Source: Marsupella aquatica (taxonomy: Eukaryota; Plantae; Marchantiophyta). Taken from it: DNA of 64,000 nucleotides. Shown here in pieces: positions 9,605-26,060 of this stretch (within the stretch, counting starts at the first letter, position 1; each line of letters begins with the position of its first letter). The notes beneath the pieces are model-generated. The model was not told the DNA's origin, searched no databases, and saw nothing but the letters and a program-made list of their open reading frames with translations. Made by a program: the position numbers and the translations under genes. The stretch is from assembly GCA_973895155.1 (NCBI GenBank), contig OZ316892.1, positions 17,102,357-17,166,356 of the forward strand. The letters run 5' to 3'.

Positions 9605-10513
9605 AATATATTCTTACTTGATGAATCTGCTTCATGTATGATTACCCTTCTGTTTTGAAGGACCTGGCAGGTTGTTCAAGTCATTGAAGATATTGTGAGG
9701 GTTGGGTTTAATCCAAACCAGAAGATTGTCCATACACATGATGCATACTATCCAACAACTTATTTGAAATAGAGTACAGCAAATTGAAAGGAACCGGCTG
9801 CATGGATGGCGTTGCCTTGAAGGGTGTTTTCAGCTTGGACGGTGAGCCAGGGACATAGCGAATGGATGACGTGATTCGGCGCTGTTTTAAGGGCTAAAAT
9901 TAGCCACATTTAGTCACTGAAAAAGTCTTCCTTATTCTTGGCAAAAACTTGTTAGGTTTTTTGTGTTAGACTACACCAGTTTCACACCTAACCACCCTGT
10001 TAACTACTGTAGAATCTGAAAATTATGCTTAAATCTATGGAGATCGTAGGATAAAAAATTAATCTAAGAAATTGGATAGTGGTTTTTATAGCCTTTGAGT
10101 AGCTACTTTCTGACCTAACCACACACCCTGTTAATATGACACTTTTACTTAAATCTTGGGAATTAATCCATGGACCCTCATGTTGTACAACATAGATTTT
10201 TATTCACGTTAGACATTACGAAATCACGGGTAAAATATAATTTTCAAATTATTTACACAATTATTATCGAATGGTGACAATGCTGAGCTCATTAGGACCG
10301 ACTCTTCAAGATCTTTCCAACGCCATATTATACGTGAGTTTACATTATGATTTGACTCAACAAAATCAAATCAAAAATTGCTGCCCGGAAAATTTTATGT
10401 TTTGAATAAAATCAAAATGTAAATAAAATTGTTTACAAGGAACAGTTTTACCTCAACTTTTTTGTCTATTGATTTGCATGTCAGATATTTTTACATTCTT
10501 TTTTACAACAAAG

Positions 10514-10644
10514 TTGCCACAAACACGAATATAGAAGTTAATTTTATCCAAAAACAAATCTTTTCCTGTTTGGAGCATGCCATGATGATGTGGCGCGCTG
10601 TGAAGCCAGGAATTTTGGAAAGGATCCCTAATGGGGGTCCGTAA
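10514..10644 (+). repeat. Dispersed repeat fragment, copy 1 (homologous to 40738-40868)
   Basis: The colinear blocks ttgccacaaacacgaa, gttaatttt, aaacaaat, ctgtttg, tgatgtggc, aggaattt and atgggggt-cgtaa are shared. Confidence 0.7.
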
Positions 10645-11902
10645 ATAAAAGAAAATCTCCAGCTCTGAAGGGATGTCATCAATGTAGAAGCGTATGAATT
10701 AGAGTGTATGTGGGACTTGTTTGAATAAAAAACTTTTGTATTTTAAGGAATTATTGCAGATTAACTCTTTTTATACTAATTAGGTAAAGGTACATCATTT
10801 TTCAATGAAACGTATAGTTTTCTTGATGCAAAGCTGACCATCATTGTTTTAATATGAAGGCGTTTTTCAATGGTAGGGATTGATTATCAATTCATTATGC
10901 GAGGAAGATATTTACAATATTTTGTAGAATCATTTGTTAGGGAATAAATGAAATACAAAGGTCAGTCTTTCAACAAACTTTTTGGATTTAATAACATGCA
11001 GTTAAAGAATTTCTATCTATCATTCTCATGATCTTACTACTACAATACCCTATCCCGCCAAAAGTGGTGGGTTGTCCATTTACAAAATCACTTTTGGAGT
11101 GAACATTCCATGACATTCGATTTATAAGCTCTTTTATCCTAGCCTTTCATTACTCAAAAGACAATCTCCTTAATCCAAAGCAAACAAGACTAAGTTTTTT
11201 GGTATGCACAAAGATTCTCTAAGAGGGGCATGATGGCATATGTGAGTGCCATGTGTTCACATTGGAATGGGGGCACTTAGTACACCATTATGAGGGGATA
11301 GTGACTAGGAAATTAACATAAAGTTCAAAGTAGGGAGAGGAATTAAGGATGCAACCATGGGTGAAGGGATGAATAGTATCATGCCCTCCCATAAGTACAA
11401 GATAGGGGATGAGACAAAGTGGAGCAAAGGAAGGTGAAAACAAAGAAAATAATAATAAGACAATAGGAGGGAAAAAGGAGAAAATGAACACCCTTGCCTT
11501 TCATTGGGGTTTTTTTTTTTTTTGGGGGGGGGGGAGAAGGGAGAAGGGAGACCAGCCCAAGAGAAAGGGGGAGAGGAGGCCATGAGGAGGAGAGGGGATG
11601 TCGCCCTCCACCTAGGGTTGTGTGAATGTGCCTACTGCTTCTCTTGTTATCACCTATCTTCCTTATTGTTTTTGCAACAATATTTTTTGGACATGGACAT
11701 CTTTTATGCAATGACATCTTTTTTGCAATGTACAAGTATTGAACATGACCACAACAATTGTATGGTCAGGATCATACATAACATGTCTCAATAACTACAT
11801 TGCAAAACTCATATTTTCTTGCCTTGCCTTGACATTTGTTTTCAATCATCTCGCCATCTTTTTCTCACCTTGCTCTTTGTCTCATCATGACATCTTTTTT
11901 CT

Positions 11903-13375
11903 GAGGTATATACTTAATCAACCCCCTTTGGACTGTTTCCTGCTTAATCGACCCCCTATGTTCAAATCTGCCCCAATCGACCCCCTATGTTCAGATCTGC
12001 CCCAATTGACCCCCCAAAGTATGTTTGTTACCCAATCAACCCCCTTTGATAGTTTATGGTTCATGACATGTCATGTATTGCAATTGTAGTCTGCCTGAAC
12101 CTGTCCGTGGGTGCAAGCGACTTGACCAAACCGTCAAATGCTTCATTTAGGGTCGGCCGCCGCGACGGCGACAATCAAGGATTTCAGAAATGATGTGAAG
12201 ACAATACGTGTTATGTCTTCAGATGTTCATTATTGAATTGTACTCACATAACTTGGTCCAACTATTCATTGTTTCACATTCTGTCATGATGACTTCTGTT
12301 GCTCATGAGGTTTGGGGGAATTTATTGTATTGGGGCTTATTGGGAAGTTCAGTCTCTTTTAGTTAGAGTTTGCATGCAATCTAGATGACATTGTAGTGGT
12401 GTGAGGTACACTTAGGGATATCAATGTTGGGGATTTTGATGTCATTGTGCATCTTTGGCATAGAAGGGATCTATTTGAAGTGAACATTCTTTAATGTGAC
12501 ATTTTATCACTACAAGAGAGAGCGTGCCCAAAAACAAGACGCAATTGCACATGGGTTTAGGATGTGGCCAGGACAACTGATGGGAAAGCCTATAAGAAAG
12601 TGTGTAAGAATTTGATGTTGTCATCAATTGTTGTTGATATGTTTATTCTAGTGATTACACTTTGTTGAGAGTACATAATGCAAAGTGTCTTAGTTCAATT
12701 GCTTGTAATGGAAGCAAAGGCAACTCAAATTCAAAACGGCAAATACTTCAAGGATTTTGGAGAATTTTACAAGTGTTTGGATTCTTGGCTGTCATAATGG
12801 TCTTGCGGTATAAAGATTGGAAACATTTTGAGAACATTTAATAATTTCTGAACGCAAGTGTGCCGATTTAGCAAATTAATAGGTGTCAAAGAGATCCAGC
12901 AAAGCATTTCCCGTGAGTGAGATCCAAACATAGATTTGTCTCTAGTGGAATGCACTGATAAAGATTCTCAACAAAACAACTATATATGAACATTATGGAG
13001 ATAACAACCCAGTTTTATTACCTCTAAACTTCAGACAAATGGAGACCCGGCTGGAGACCCCTAAATGTTTGAAAACCATACTAGTTTTGTCTTCAAACAC
13101 AAAAGTATCCACGACTGCGTTCGGTGTCATTCAATCTTATCAAGCGTGGATTGGGGACCGACTCTTATCTTGACATAATTGCAGCATACCACGGATGAGA
13201 CCACGGGCTCATATGATAGAAAATTAGAGTTCATTGTGGTAAAGTCTCCCTATACTGCTCTTCCCAAGAACTATATGTAAAAAATTGTGAGAGGGGGCCG
13301 ATTGGGGCAGATCTGAACATAGGGGGTTGATTAAGTAAGAAACAGTCTAGAGGGGGTTGATTAAGCATATACCTC
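11903..13375. mobile_element. Non-autonomous Mutator-like DNA transposon (MULE)
   Basis: It has imperfect TIRs of about 85 bp (gaggtatatacttaatcaaccccct... / ...agggggttgattaagcatatacctc) with internal subrepeats. A perfect 9-bp TSD cttttttct lies at 11894-11902 and 13376-13384. There is no long internal ORF. Confidence 0.9.
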
Positions 13376-14350
13376 CTTTTTTCTCTCCTGAACATCTTTT
13401 CCTCACCTTAACATCTTTTTCTCACCTTGTCATCCCTGCCACGAGGTTGCACCACGTCAGCACAACCCCCATGAGAGGTCCCTGCAATGAGAGGTCCTTG
13501 CCATGAGTTTTCCCATCCACATGGTGGGGCATGGGCCATGGAGTTAGGGTCTAGAGTCTTCACTCTAGAAACCCAGGCCCCAACTCTAGCTTGTAGTTGG
13601 CGTTTTATGAGTAAGATTTTAAAGATGAATTTGTGGACCCTCTACTAGCTTATGTATGTTTTAATACTTGTTAGACAGCTAATGTATGACTCTTGTTTTC
13701 CTTATTTTGAAAATTTTCAAAGTAATGCATACATTGCAAAGTTAGTGCTTGCATCAAATAACACTCTTGAATTTGCATCACAAAATTATTTTGATGTTCA
13801 TAGGCACTCTTAAATAATTTTGGTGATCAGGTATAGATCTTAATAATTAGTTATTTTTTGCACAAGTCAAGATGACGCTACAATACAATGAGAATTATTT
13901 TTGCTAGTGATTTTTAAATTGGCTAGATATTGGAAAAGCATTCCCTACTCTAGCTCATGGACAAACAATGCAAAGAAAACAAGGGAATAAATATTAGCAC
14001 GATTCCATGTATTTCTCCTCTTAGACCTTTGTGTAGGAATTCAAGCCTTACAGTTACAATTACTCAGTTGCTACGCGGTTCATCTTACAGTCAGCTATGT
14101 CCACGATAATGACACAACTTTATTTATGATTATACATAAAAAAATCAACATGCTTTTCCTCATAGCTCTTAGATCTGTGATGTGTGTTTTATGTATTCTC
14201 ACTTGAACACTCTCAAGTGAAGTCTACGGCCTTGAGAACCAAAAGATAAGGAATACATATATCAACTGGGCTCAGAGAATTAGCTTATTGTATATTTGGG
14301 GTACCACCTGCGATCCTAGCCTAACATAAATCCTCTTATATATATATTAT

Positions 14351-14961
14351 TTCAGTTTGCTGCTCAATTGAAGCTATAGTTCAAAAGTTCTCTCAGGATT
14401 TTTGGGTCATTGATCTTCTTGGGTTTTCATTTGCTCCTTGTTATTGGGTCTCTTGCCTTTGAGGACTGTCTCCTGGGGCTTTTCGGTCTTTTGGGGGTTG
14501 TTTGCTTGTTGCTCTCTTTGATTGGGTCTCTTGCCATTTGGGTCATGTCCCCACCAGGTTTGGCACTTTTTATTCTTTGAGAAAGTGAAGTATACAATTC
14601 AAGGTTAGTCTACAGGCTTTTCAGTTTGCTGCGCAATAAAGCTATAGTTTCAAAAAAAACTCTAGAGCTTTTTGGGTCATTGATTTTCTTGGGATATATC
14701 CTTTATTGCTCCGTGTTATTGGGTCTCTCAAAAAAAACTCTAGAGCTTTTTGGGTCATTGATTTTCTTGGGATATATCCTTTGTTGCTCCGTGTTATTGG
14801 GTCTCTTGCAGTTGAGGTCTGTCTCTTGGGGCATTTTGGTCTTCTTGGGGTTGTTTGCTTGTTGCTCTCTCTTACTGGGTCTATTGCCATTTGGGTCATG
14901 TCCCCACCAGGTTTTGCTCTTTTTATTCTTTGACAATCTGAAGTATGCAGTTCAAGGTTAG
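14351..14961. repeat. Tandem duplication of about 269 bp; the second unit carries a near-perfect internal 78-bp duplication
   Basis: Units start at 14351 and 14620 (ttcagtttgctgc...caaggttag). The internal copies start at 14650 and 14728. Confidence 0.9.
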
Positions 14962-15485
14962 CAAGACATTTCTTTGGCAGAGTGATACACAATAGCTCCT
15001 TACATCGGAAAATTGGTCCACAAGACAAGCACAGGTTTCATCAAAGCTTACATCACAAAATAGGTCCACAAGACCATCAGGTTTTCATTTCCGTAGTAGC
15101 TCAATGAAATGGACCCTAAACCAAAAAAAATTAACCCTAAACAAAAAAAATAGCTAGAGGGTCCAGGAACTAATTAATTGGCATTGGGTTTTCGTGATTT
15201 GGAATTATCTCGCAACTACATACGGGTAAACCTTCACTTGATTTTGCCTAAATTTTTTGGAATCCATTTGTTTCTTTCTTGGAGTACTTTGGTTTGCATT
15301 TGGTGCTTGTCACGTAACAGGTTTGTTTGTTTGTTTCCAGTATATGGGTATCCGATCCTTATTATGGATTAACTGGAAAAATCAAACCTGTAGAGCCGGC
15401 TTGGGGTGCCGAAGGTGATTTGATCATTTTCTTCAGGGGGTATTGCTTCCCATCTTATTGCTGCGGGTGTTTTAGGTCAATTGCA

Positions 15486-19224
<3,739 letters not shown>

Positions 19225-20690
19225 AGGACTACTTAGTCACTCCATCTGGAGCAAAGGAGACAGGATCCAATGGGAACGAGAAACTGGAGAAGACGAGGAA
19301 GAGCACAACAGCTGCAGCAGAAGACAAAGCATTAGCATCGGGAAAGAAGAAAAAGAAAAAGTCAGAGCAGGATTTTTAACCTCTGCACTTTTCAACCATT
19401 TTTGTAGTAGGCCTGCTCAGGATTTCAGGCGAGGTGTATATTATCACAGGTATAAAACTACGTGCTCTTGGGCGTGCTCAAAGAGTATGTTCGTTCCCCT
19501 TGACGGACATCGTACTGTTTGGTCGGTGAGATTGCGTTCCAGATCGTAAGCTTCATAAAACCATGAGGGAATTCGTCCTATTTCATGAACGATAACAGGA
19601 GCACATTTCCTAGTTTGTACTGGATCAGTCACATTACGAAAGCGTTGAGGACGTTCTGCCTCTCAGTTTGTTGAAGCTAACTATCAAGAACATACGTGTA
19701 TCACCAGAGGCAAATGACATCTCCTTCACAAAGATAGTTTACAATCCCTTTAGAGGCATTCTTGCAGTTTCGCAGGGCGATGGACCATGGGTTGGGTGCG
19801 GACATGTGTGAGTGAGGAATATTTACCGTCAAAGGACCTTCCAAGATGCTCTATTAACTTGACGTTCTGAACAACAGCTACGTTTTCCCCGCTTTTGAAG
19901 GCCGTCTCTGTATGGGACAATTAACGGTGGATGGCAATATGTTCTGCCCTGTCGACTCCACCAACTCCTTGAGGGCATCGGGAGCAGTATTCTTAATCAG
20001 AGCGATAGATATGGTATATACTTCTTTGAAGTTGGCCAGAAGGTGCACTCCATCGATCAAATGTAGAGCACCAGACACTGACACTTCACCACCATTAGTG
20101 TCCTAAATCAAAAACGATCTAACGTCGTGTCTACACCAGAGTAAATTCCTCTTGAAAGCAAGGATTGGAAGAGAAGTCAGCAGAATCTGCATCAGTTAGT
20201 TGCACGGTTAGAGACTGCTCGTTAGCTTGTTGGTGCTCTGGACCTAATTTAGTTCTCTGGAGTGGGTACCAGGGAAGGTGGTTGCCTGGCAAAAAGGTTG
20301 AATCCGTGCAATGCAGAAAGCCTGCCACACCATGTGCCCTGCAACATTACTTCCCGATAGACTCCTGCAGGTACTGGACAGCTCTTACAGCTCGCAGGGA
20401 GTAGAGAGGGCAGTTGAACCGTACAACTTAGTTGGCACCTGACCGACATCCCAACAGAGTGCTTTCATTCCTGAACAACCCAATTTCGATGTTCATTACA
20501 GATCGAGTTAGACACTGCCCATCTAGAATAAGGGTATTCGGGGTTGCAAATTTGCAATCGATTAGCCTAACCGGACTGCCAGTTGTCAAGTTGTGATTGT
20601 ATGTTCCCATAGCTGTCACAAATCGTATTCTCAAGGTGAACTTAGATGCATACAGGCCAGACTATGCTCAAGCAAAAGCTACATCTCATT

Positions 20691-23600
20691 AATCACATCT
20701 TCTACTACTCGGGAGCTGCAACAAGCCTACTGCCACATCTCCAAAACTTCCAACCTCATGTGAAAAAGTCACTTTAAGGACACGCCCCAACTTCAAGACA
20801 TAATCCAATAGGACTTCTGACCCTTTGGTAGATGCCAATGTTGCTCAAGCATCCCGACCAGCTAGATTTATTAAATTACAAGTGCACCTATTAAGAACTA
20901 TGGGTTAGCTGTAGCTCTTGTTATAAAGTGCACAGGCTTGAGCTCCGCAAAAGGTGGTGAGCGCTCCACCTTTTAAGGTCAAACACTATACAAGACAGAA
21001 CATGAAAGAGTAGCAAGGGAATGAGACTTTTATATGGCCAGGTGTGGTTTAAGGTGCTGGAGAGCAGCATGCCAAACATCAATTGACCAACACCTGGATA
21101 TTACCCATGTCCAGAGTCACTATTGTCTCCTACAACACCAGGGGCCTGGCCTCTAGGGCACATAGTCTGAGAGCTCACTTCATTCTGGAGAGCTGACATA
21201 CTCTGCCTTCAGGAGCATAAACTACAATGGAGCCGTGTGCTGAAACTCCAGCATGAAGTTTGGCCCATTGCGTTTTGATACTGTAGCAGATGGAGCCCAC
21301 TTCATTCCGAATCAATACAGCTGGAACGGGGGGACTGGCCCTGGCAATCAGCAACAGATTTACCCAGTTTTTGGTGTCTGAGGGAGGCCTTTCATGCGGG
21401 CAAGTGGTCTGGTGTTGTCTCATGCATGGCAATCTTGGTAGGGTGGGCTTCTTGGGACTAAATGCCCCAAATTTGGGTAGTGAAGGACGGCGCACCTTAA
21501 TTAACACAATTGATCCATCGTTCCAGTGGATTGTCATGTGGGACTTCAACATGAGCAAAGTTGAGGTGGACCAGAAGGGTGGTGTTGGATCCACTCTCTC
21601 AGGCAGTGAGATGAGAGCCTGGAGACACCTGAAAACAAGGCTTCGCCTGGAAGACTCCTACCAACAGCAACAGGGACACTTAGGGTTTAGTTGGGACAAC
21701 AAAAGGCTCTTTGCCATGTTGCAATTATTCAGTCCAATAACTTCGCAAGCTGGACAAAATCTACGCATACGCTGGTGGCCACCATTGCAATCTGCAAATC
21801 TCATTAACCATTTTATCTGGTTTTGCCTTCTCAGACCATGCGCCAATTGTAGACACCATTTCTCATTCTACTCAGGTGCAACGGCCCTTGTACCACAGAA
21901 TGAACACTAGCCAAAAAACCCAAAAGGCTTACCAGGAACTCATTACTCAAATGTGGGTGGGGGAAGAGGATTGATGCTTGGAACGGGGCTTGTCGGCTGA
22001 TATGATATTCACCAGGTGCTTGAAGAAGGCACAGAAAATTGACCAATGTTGGGGTCAGCGGAGGGCTGCTGAGCAGAGACACACCGAATCTCAACTCAAA
22101 GATTGCCTTACTTGGGCCCAATTACGGATGGAAAGAAACCCCAGAGACGCAGTAGCTAGCTCACGATCTGGTTAAGGACGCAAAATTGGTTCTCCATGAA
22201 TTTGAAGCAAAGAAAATGTGCTAGATGGATACTACAATGAAGATTGATTGGGGAGGGCGACCGGTGCTCCAAACACATTTTCAAACCCTTCAAAGTCTGG
22301 CTATCAATAACAAGATCCACCAACTCTTCAAAGATAATCAACTGCTCCAGGAATGGGCTACCATTCCCAGTTTCTCTCAAAAGATACTTGGGAAATCTGC
22401 TAGTCTACATCCTGAACAACATGCACAAGTCATAGAGTTGCACACAAAATTACAGATAAGGATTGAGCAATGTTGAATCTACCACTCATTGTTGGCAAGC
22501 TTGAGTAAGCAGCAGCATCTCTGGCCCATAACAAATGTCCAGGCCCCAACGGTGTCCCTGTTATTTTTTGTGTGTGGCTAATTGGACTATTGTTGGCCCT
22601 TCCCTACATAGGGCTACTCTTTTGGGCTTGGCAAGTGGCCATTTGTCCCCAGATTTCATGAGTGGCTTCATAGTACTCCTTTGCAAGAAAGCCCATTGAC
22701 TTGCTCAGCAAAATGATTCCATGGAAGGTCAACTAGGGTTCCATCACGGGTGTCCAATTCCACAAGGAGGATTTACACTGCATCCATGGTCTGTTTTTGG
22801 ACACTTTGTCTATGATCCCCGACAACAAATCCCAGTCTTCATGAAACAGCATTACCCAACACAGAACTTTTCACAAGTGAATTTGAGGTCCAACAAAACC
22901 ACATCTATCTAGATGGCAACACTTCAATAATACATCATCAATGGTACGTTTGAGGTGCTTACCCGAGTGCTTAAAGGACTCCTTCACAAGATGACAATCC
23001 CCCCCCCCACACCTGGGACCCTTCCTCACAGGTTTGTAATTTGCTCACGCAGGACATCCACCACCTCTCCACGACGCATTGGTAGACCAACTAACCGCTT
23101 GGCGTTAGCTCTAGAGTATGAATGGATGGATGGCCTACCTTCTTTGGAAACTAGCACAACTCAACTTTGGGAGGTGCAAGGACCACTAAGAATGTCTAAG
23201 TCCCGGTCTAAGTATGCACAAGGCGGTGAGGAAGTTGGCAAACAGGCTGAATTGGACCCCTAATCTGAACTATTGTCCAATAAGTGGATTGCTTTCCAGG
23301 CTGCAAGAGAAACTACTTTCTGTGACAGATCCCAGCCACCCACCATTGGAGGCTCCTGACTCTTCCACCCATTGACCCTATCACCTCCTGGACTGCATAT
23401 GGAATTGCCCCATCTCAGCGTTGGTATGGCTTTCCAAGGGTCCAGGTATCCTTCTAAAAGCGGCTTTGATAGGAGCAGTTCAATTCACCTCCTACCGACT
23501 CACATCTTAGTTGGGGATCCTCCACCAAAGGACTGGGACATGCCAATAAAATTCTGGCACATCATGAGGGCACTTGTTTGTTGGCACATCTGGAAATACA

Positions 23601-24180
23601 GGAGCTCACAACGCATAGAATGCATAAAATGCACCTTATCTAGTGCCCAGCCTAGGGAGTAATTAGGAAATCATGGTACAGACTTGAAGCCTCACTTAGG
23701 AGAGACTGGGCACGACATTGCTCCCAGATTCGTGCTGGAAAATCAATTGTATTGGATGCCTTCAATGACATGTCTTTTGATTGCGGTACTTGGGCTGGGC
23801 TGTGGGGACAGCCATGAAGAAATACTCCAGATACCACTCATCGTGCCCTGGCCACCATGAATGTTAACAACACTTTGGAAATTGGAGCCTCACTGCGGAC
23901 TGGACTTTTCCTCTATCATGGATCCACTGATGGGGACCCCGCCAGTCCCATTGTTCACTGGCCGGTCTTTGGGTTTCTTGCTGCTCCTGCTGCAGTAGTT
24001 TAAATCTCTGCTTTTTGCTTTCTTGTTTTGGTCTGGCTGCCTTTCCGGTCCCGGGCTCTCCCGGGTTTTTTGGGCTCTTTGTCCCGTTGGATCCCCCTCG
24101 GTGCCGACACCCTTTTTGTGGGCAGTTCTGTTGTATGCTTGCTTTTTGAATGAAATTCATTAAGTTTTCTCTAGGCAAAA
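20691..24180 (+). mobile_element. Decayed, internally deleted L1-clade LINE with TSD
   Basis: ORF2 remnants start at 21107: MSRVTIVSYNTRGL, GTGGLALAI, WIVMWDFNM, GFSWDN, SDH, KCPGPNG, and C-terminal WHIMRALVCWHIWKYR. A T-rich 3' UTR and short poly(A) follow. The 17-bp TSD aaaagctacat(c/g)tcatt is at 20674-20690 and 24181-24197. Confidence 0.88.
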
Positions 24181-25673
24181 AAAAGCTACATGTCATTGAC
24201 CAGTCTTTGTACTCTAACTCTACATTTCTTTGTCAATTGTGCTAGTAAACCAGTTTTGAAGGACATGTTTTAAGGTTCCCATTGCTTTACTGATGTAGTA
24301 ATATTTGAAAAAGAGGAAGTTCTTCTTGTATTTTCCTAGATTGACTCAATTTGGTGAATAATCAATAGTGATAACTAGGAAATCTTCATGTACTCGTACA
24401 CTGGCTCATACAAGTATGTTATAATAGTGGAGAATTTGATTCACTTTTTTTTCTCTATGGAGGCAGGGCAGTCTTCGCTAGCTTCTCATTGAGCCAACAT
24501 GTTCACGGTTACCAAGTTATTTCACCAACAGGAAATGTTACTGAAAAGGGTCATGCAGTGTAGTTTGGCCATGAAACGTTTAATTGATTGCAATTTATTT
24601 TCTTTTCCATCTACTCCAGCTATGAATCCCTTTTAAATGATTGTGAATGTAACATTTATTGTTTGTTTGGTCTGGCTATTAAACACTTAACATGGTTGTG
24701 AGATACCTCTCCTTTTTGCATGGAGTCTAGTTCTCAAAACTTCACATGATGGTGAATGTTTACGCACCCCCGTGGGAATCTCCTTCCAAAAGCCCTGGAA
24801 GCACTTGCAAGCACTTCACCATTATTGGTCACAAACAAGAAACGGTAATCATGCAAGAGGGCCAAACATGACTATTCATGTTTGGAACAAGACAGAGAAA
24901 ACCATTATTGATCACCATCAATAAAGGGTAGTTATGTAGAAAGAACCAAACACAACTATTAGTGTTTGAGACAACACAAAGAAAGGCAGTTAGATCACCT
25001 AACTTGAAAAACTAAAAAGTAGCATTTAAAATAAAGAAAGAAAATGTTTAAAAGAAACTAACTTTTGGATGGGTTGTGATTGATATATCAGTATGTTTTG
25101 GTAACTTATTTAAATTTTTTACTTAAATGACAAACTTTTGAAATAATCATGGGTAGAAAGAAACTTTTCAAGCTACTATAACATTTACCAAGATACTGTA
25201 AGAAACCCTTAGGCTAAAAAGGACAAAAGAGTAACAAAATGTAAGGAACCCTTTGGTCACTATTGGGTACCAAAGGAACATAAGAAACCTTTTGGTTATT
25301 ACAAACACAGGAACATTTTGCATAGACTCAATGGAATGTTACATACTCTATTTAATCTTGTCCTTTCATCTCCACATTCAAAACTAGTACAATGTGCAAC
25401 TCTTCGTTGCTCTAACTAGTTGAGTAGCATCAAGCTTACATAACCAGGGTCCTCCAACTAATTTGCATGTGAAGCTTCAAAACCATTTTGTGCTGAAGTG
25501 ATTGAGCATTTGGGGGATCCATAATTATGTGTTCAAAACCTGGGTCAAAGGATAATATACATAATGGATTTTGGTGTGTGGGCGCATGTCCGAACTTATA
25601 CTGGGTGAGAGGAGCATTACTTACTCTTAAAACTAATGTAGATTTTTGCTTTGTATTTTTCTTATATTTGTGG

Positions 25674-26060
25674 AAAACCCATTGTCTAGATTTTTGCTCT
25701 GACGTTTTTCTTGTGCTCTGTCAAGAGGGAAGAGTGTTTAGGGTTTAAGTCCTCTAAAGTTCTTTTCTGAAAACCATTGTCTAGGTTTTTGCTCTTAAGT
25801 TATTATTGTGCACTGTCGAAAGGGAAGACAGTGATGTGTGTGTTTTTTAAAACCTTCGTTGTCTTTCCTGAGAATCTAGCTTTTCGCTTTGTATGTTTAC
25901 TCCAAGTTTCTTTTGTGCATTGTCAAAAGTGAAGACAGTGGATTTTCAGAGCCTTCTGAAGTTTCCTGAAAGTGTAGACAAGTATTTGAGCAAGAGCGAG
26001 TCCTGGTAAGTCCTTTTCTGAAGGTTAGACTGGTGTTTGAGCACGAGAGAGTCCTGGTAA
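25674..26060. repeat. Degenerate local direct repeats
   Basis: aaaacc(c)attgtctag.tttttgctct...ttgtgc.ctgtc.a.aggaaga occurs 2-3 times. tttgagca.gag.gagtcctggtaa occurs twice. Confidence 0.75.

Noticed and set aside
11903-12015. Regularly spaced aatc(a/g)accccct motifs as an array or iteron set
   Set aside because: They are subrepeats of a MULE TIR, mirrored at 13290-13375.
14626-15028. Hydrophobic 111-aa ORF and antisense ORFs as membrane proteins
   Set aside because: They arise from T-rich tandem duplications and have non-ATG starts and no family signal.
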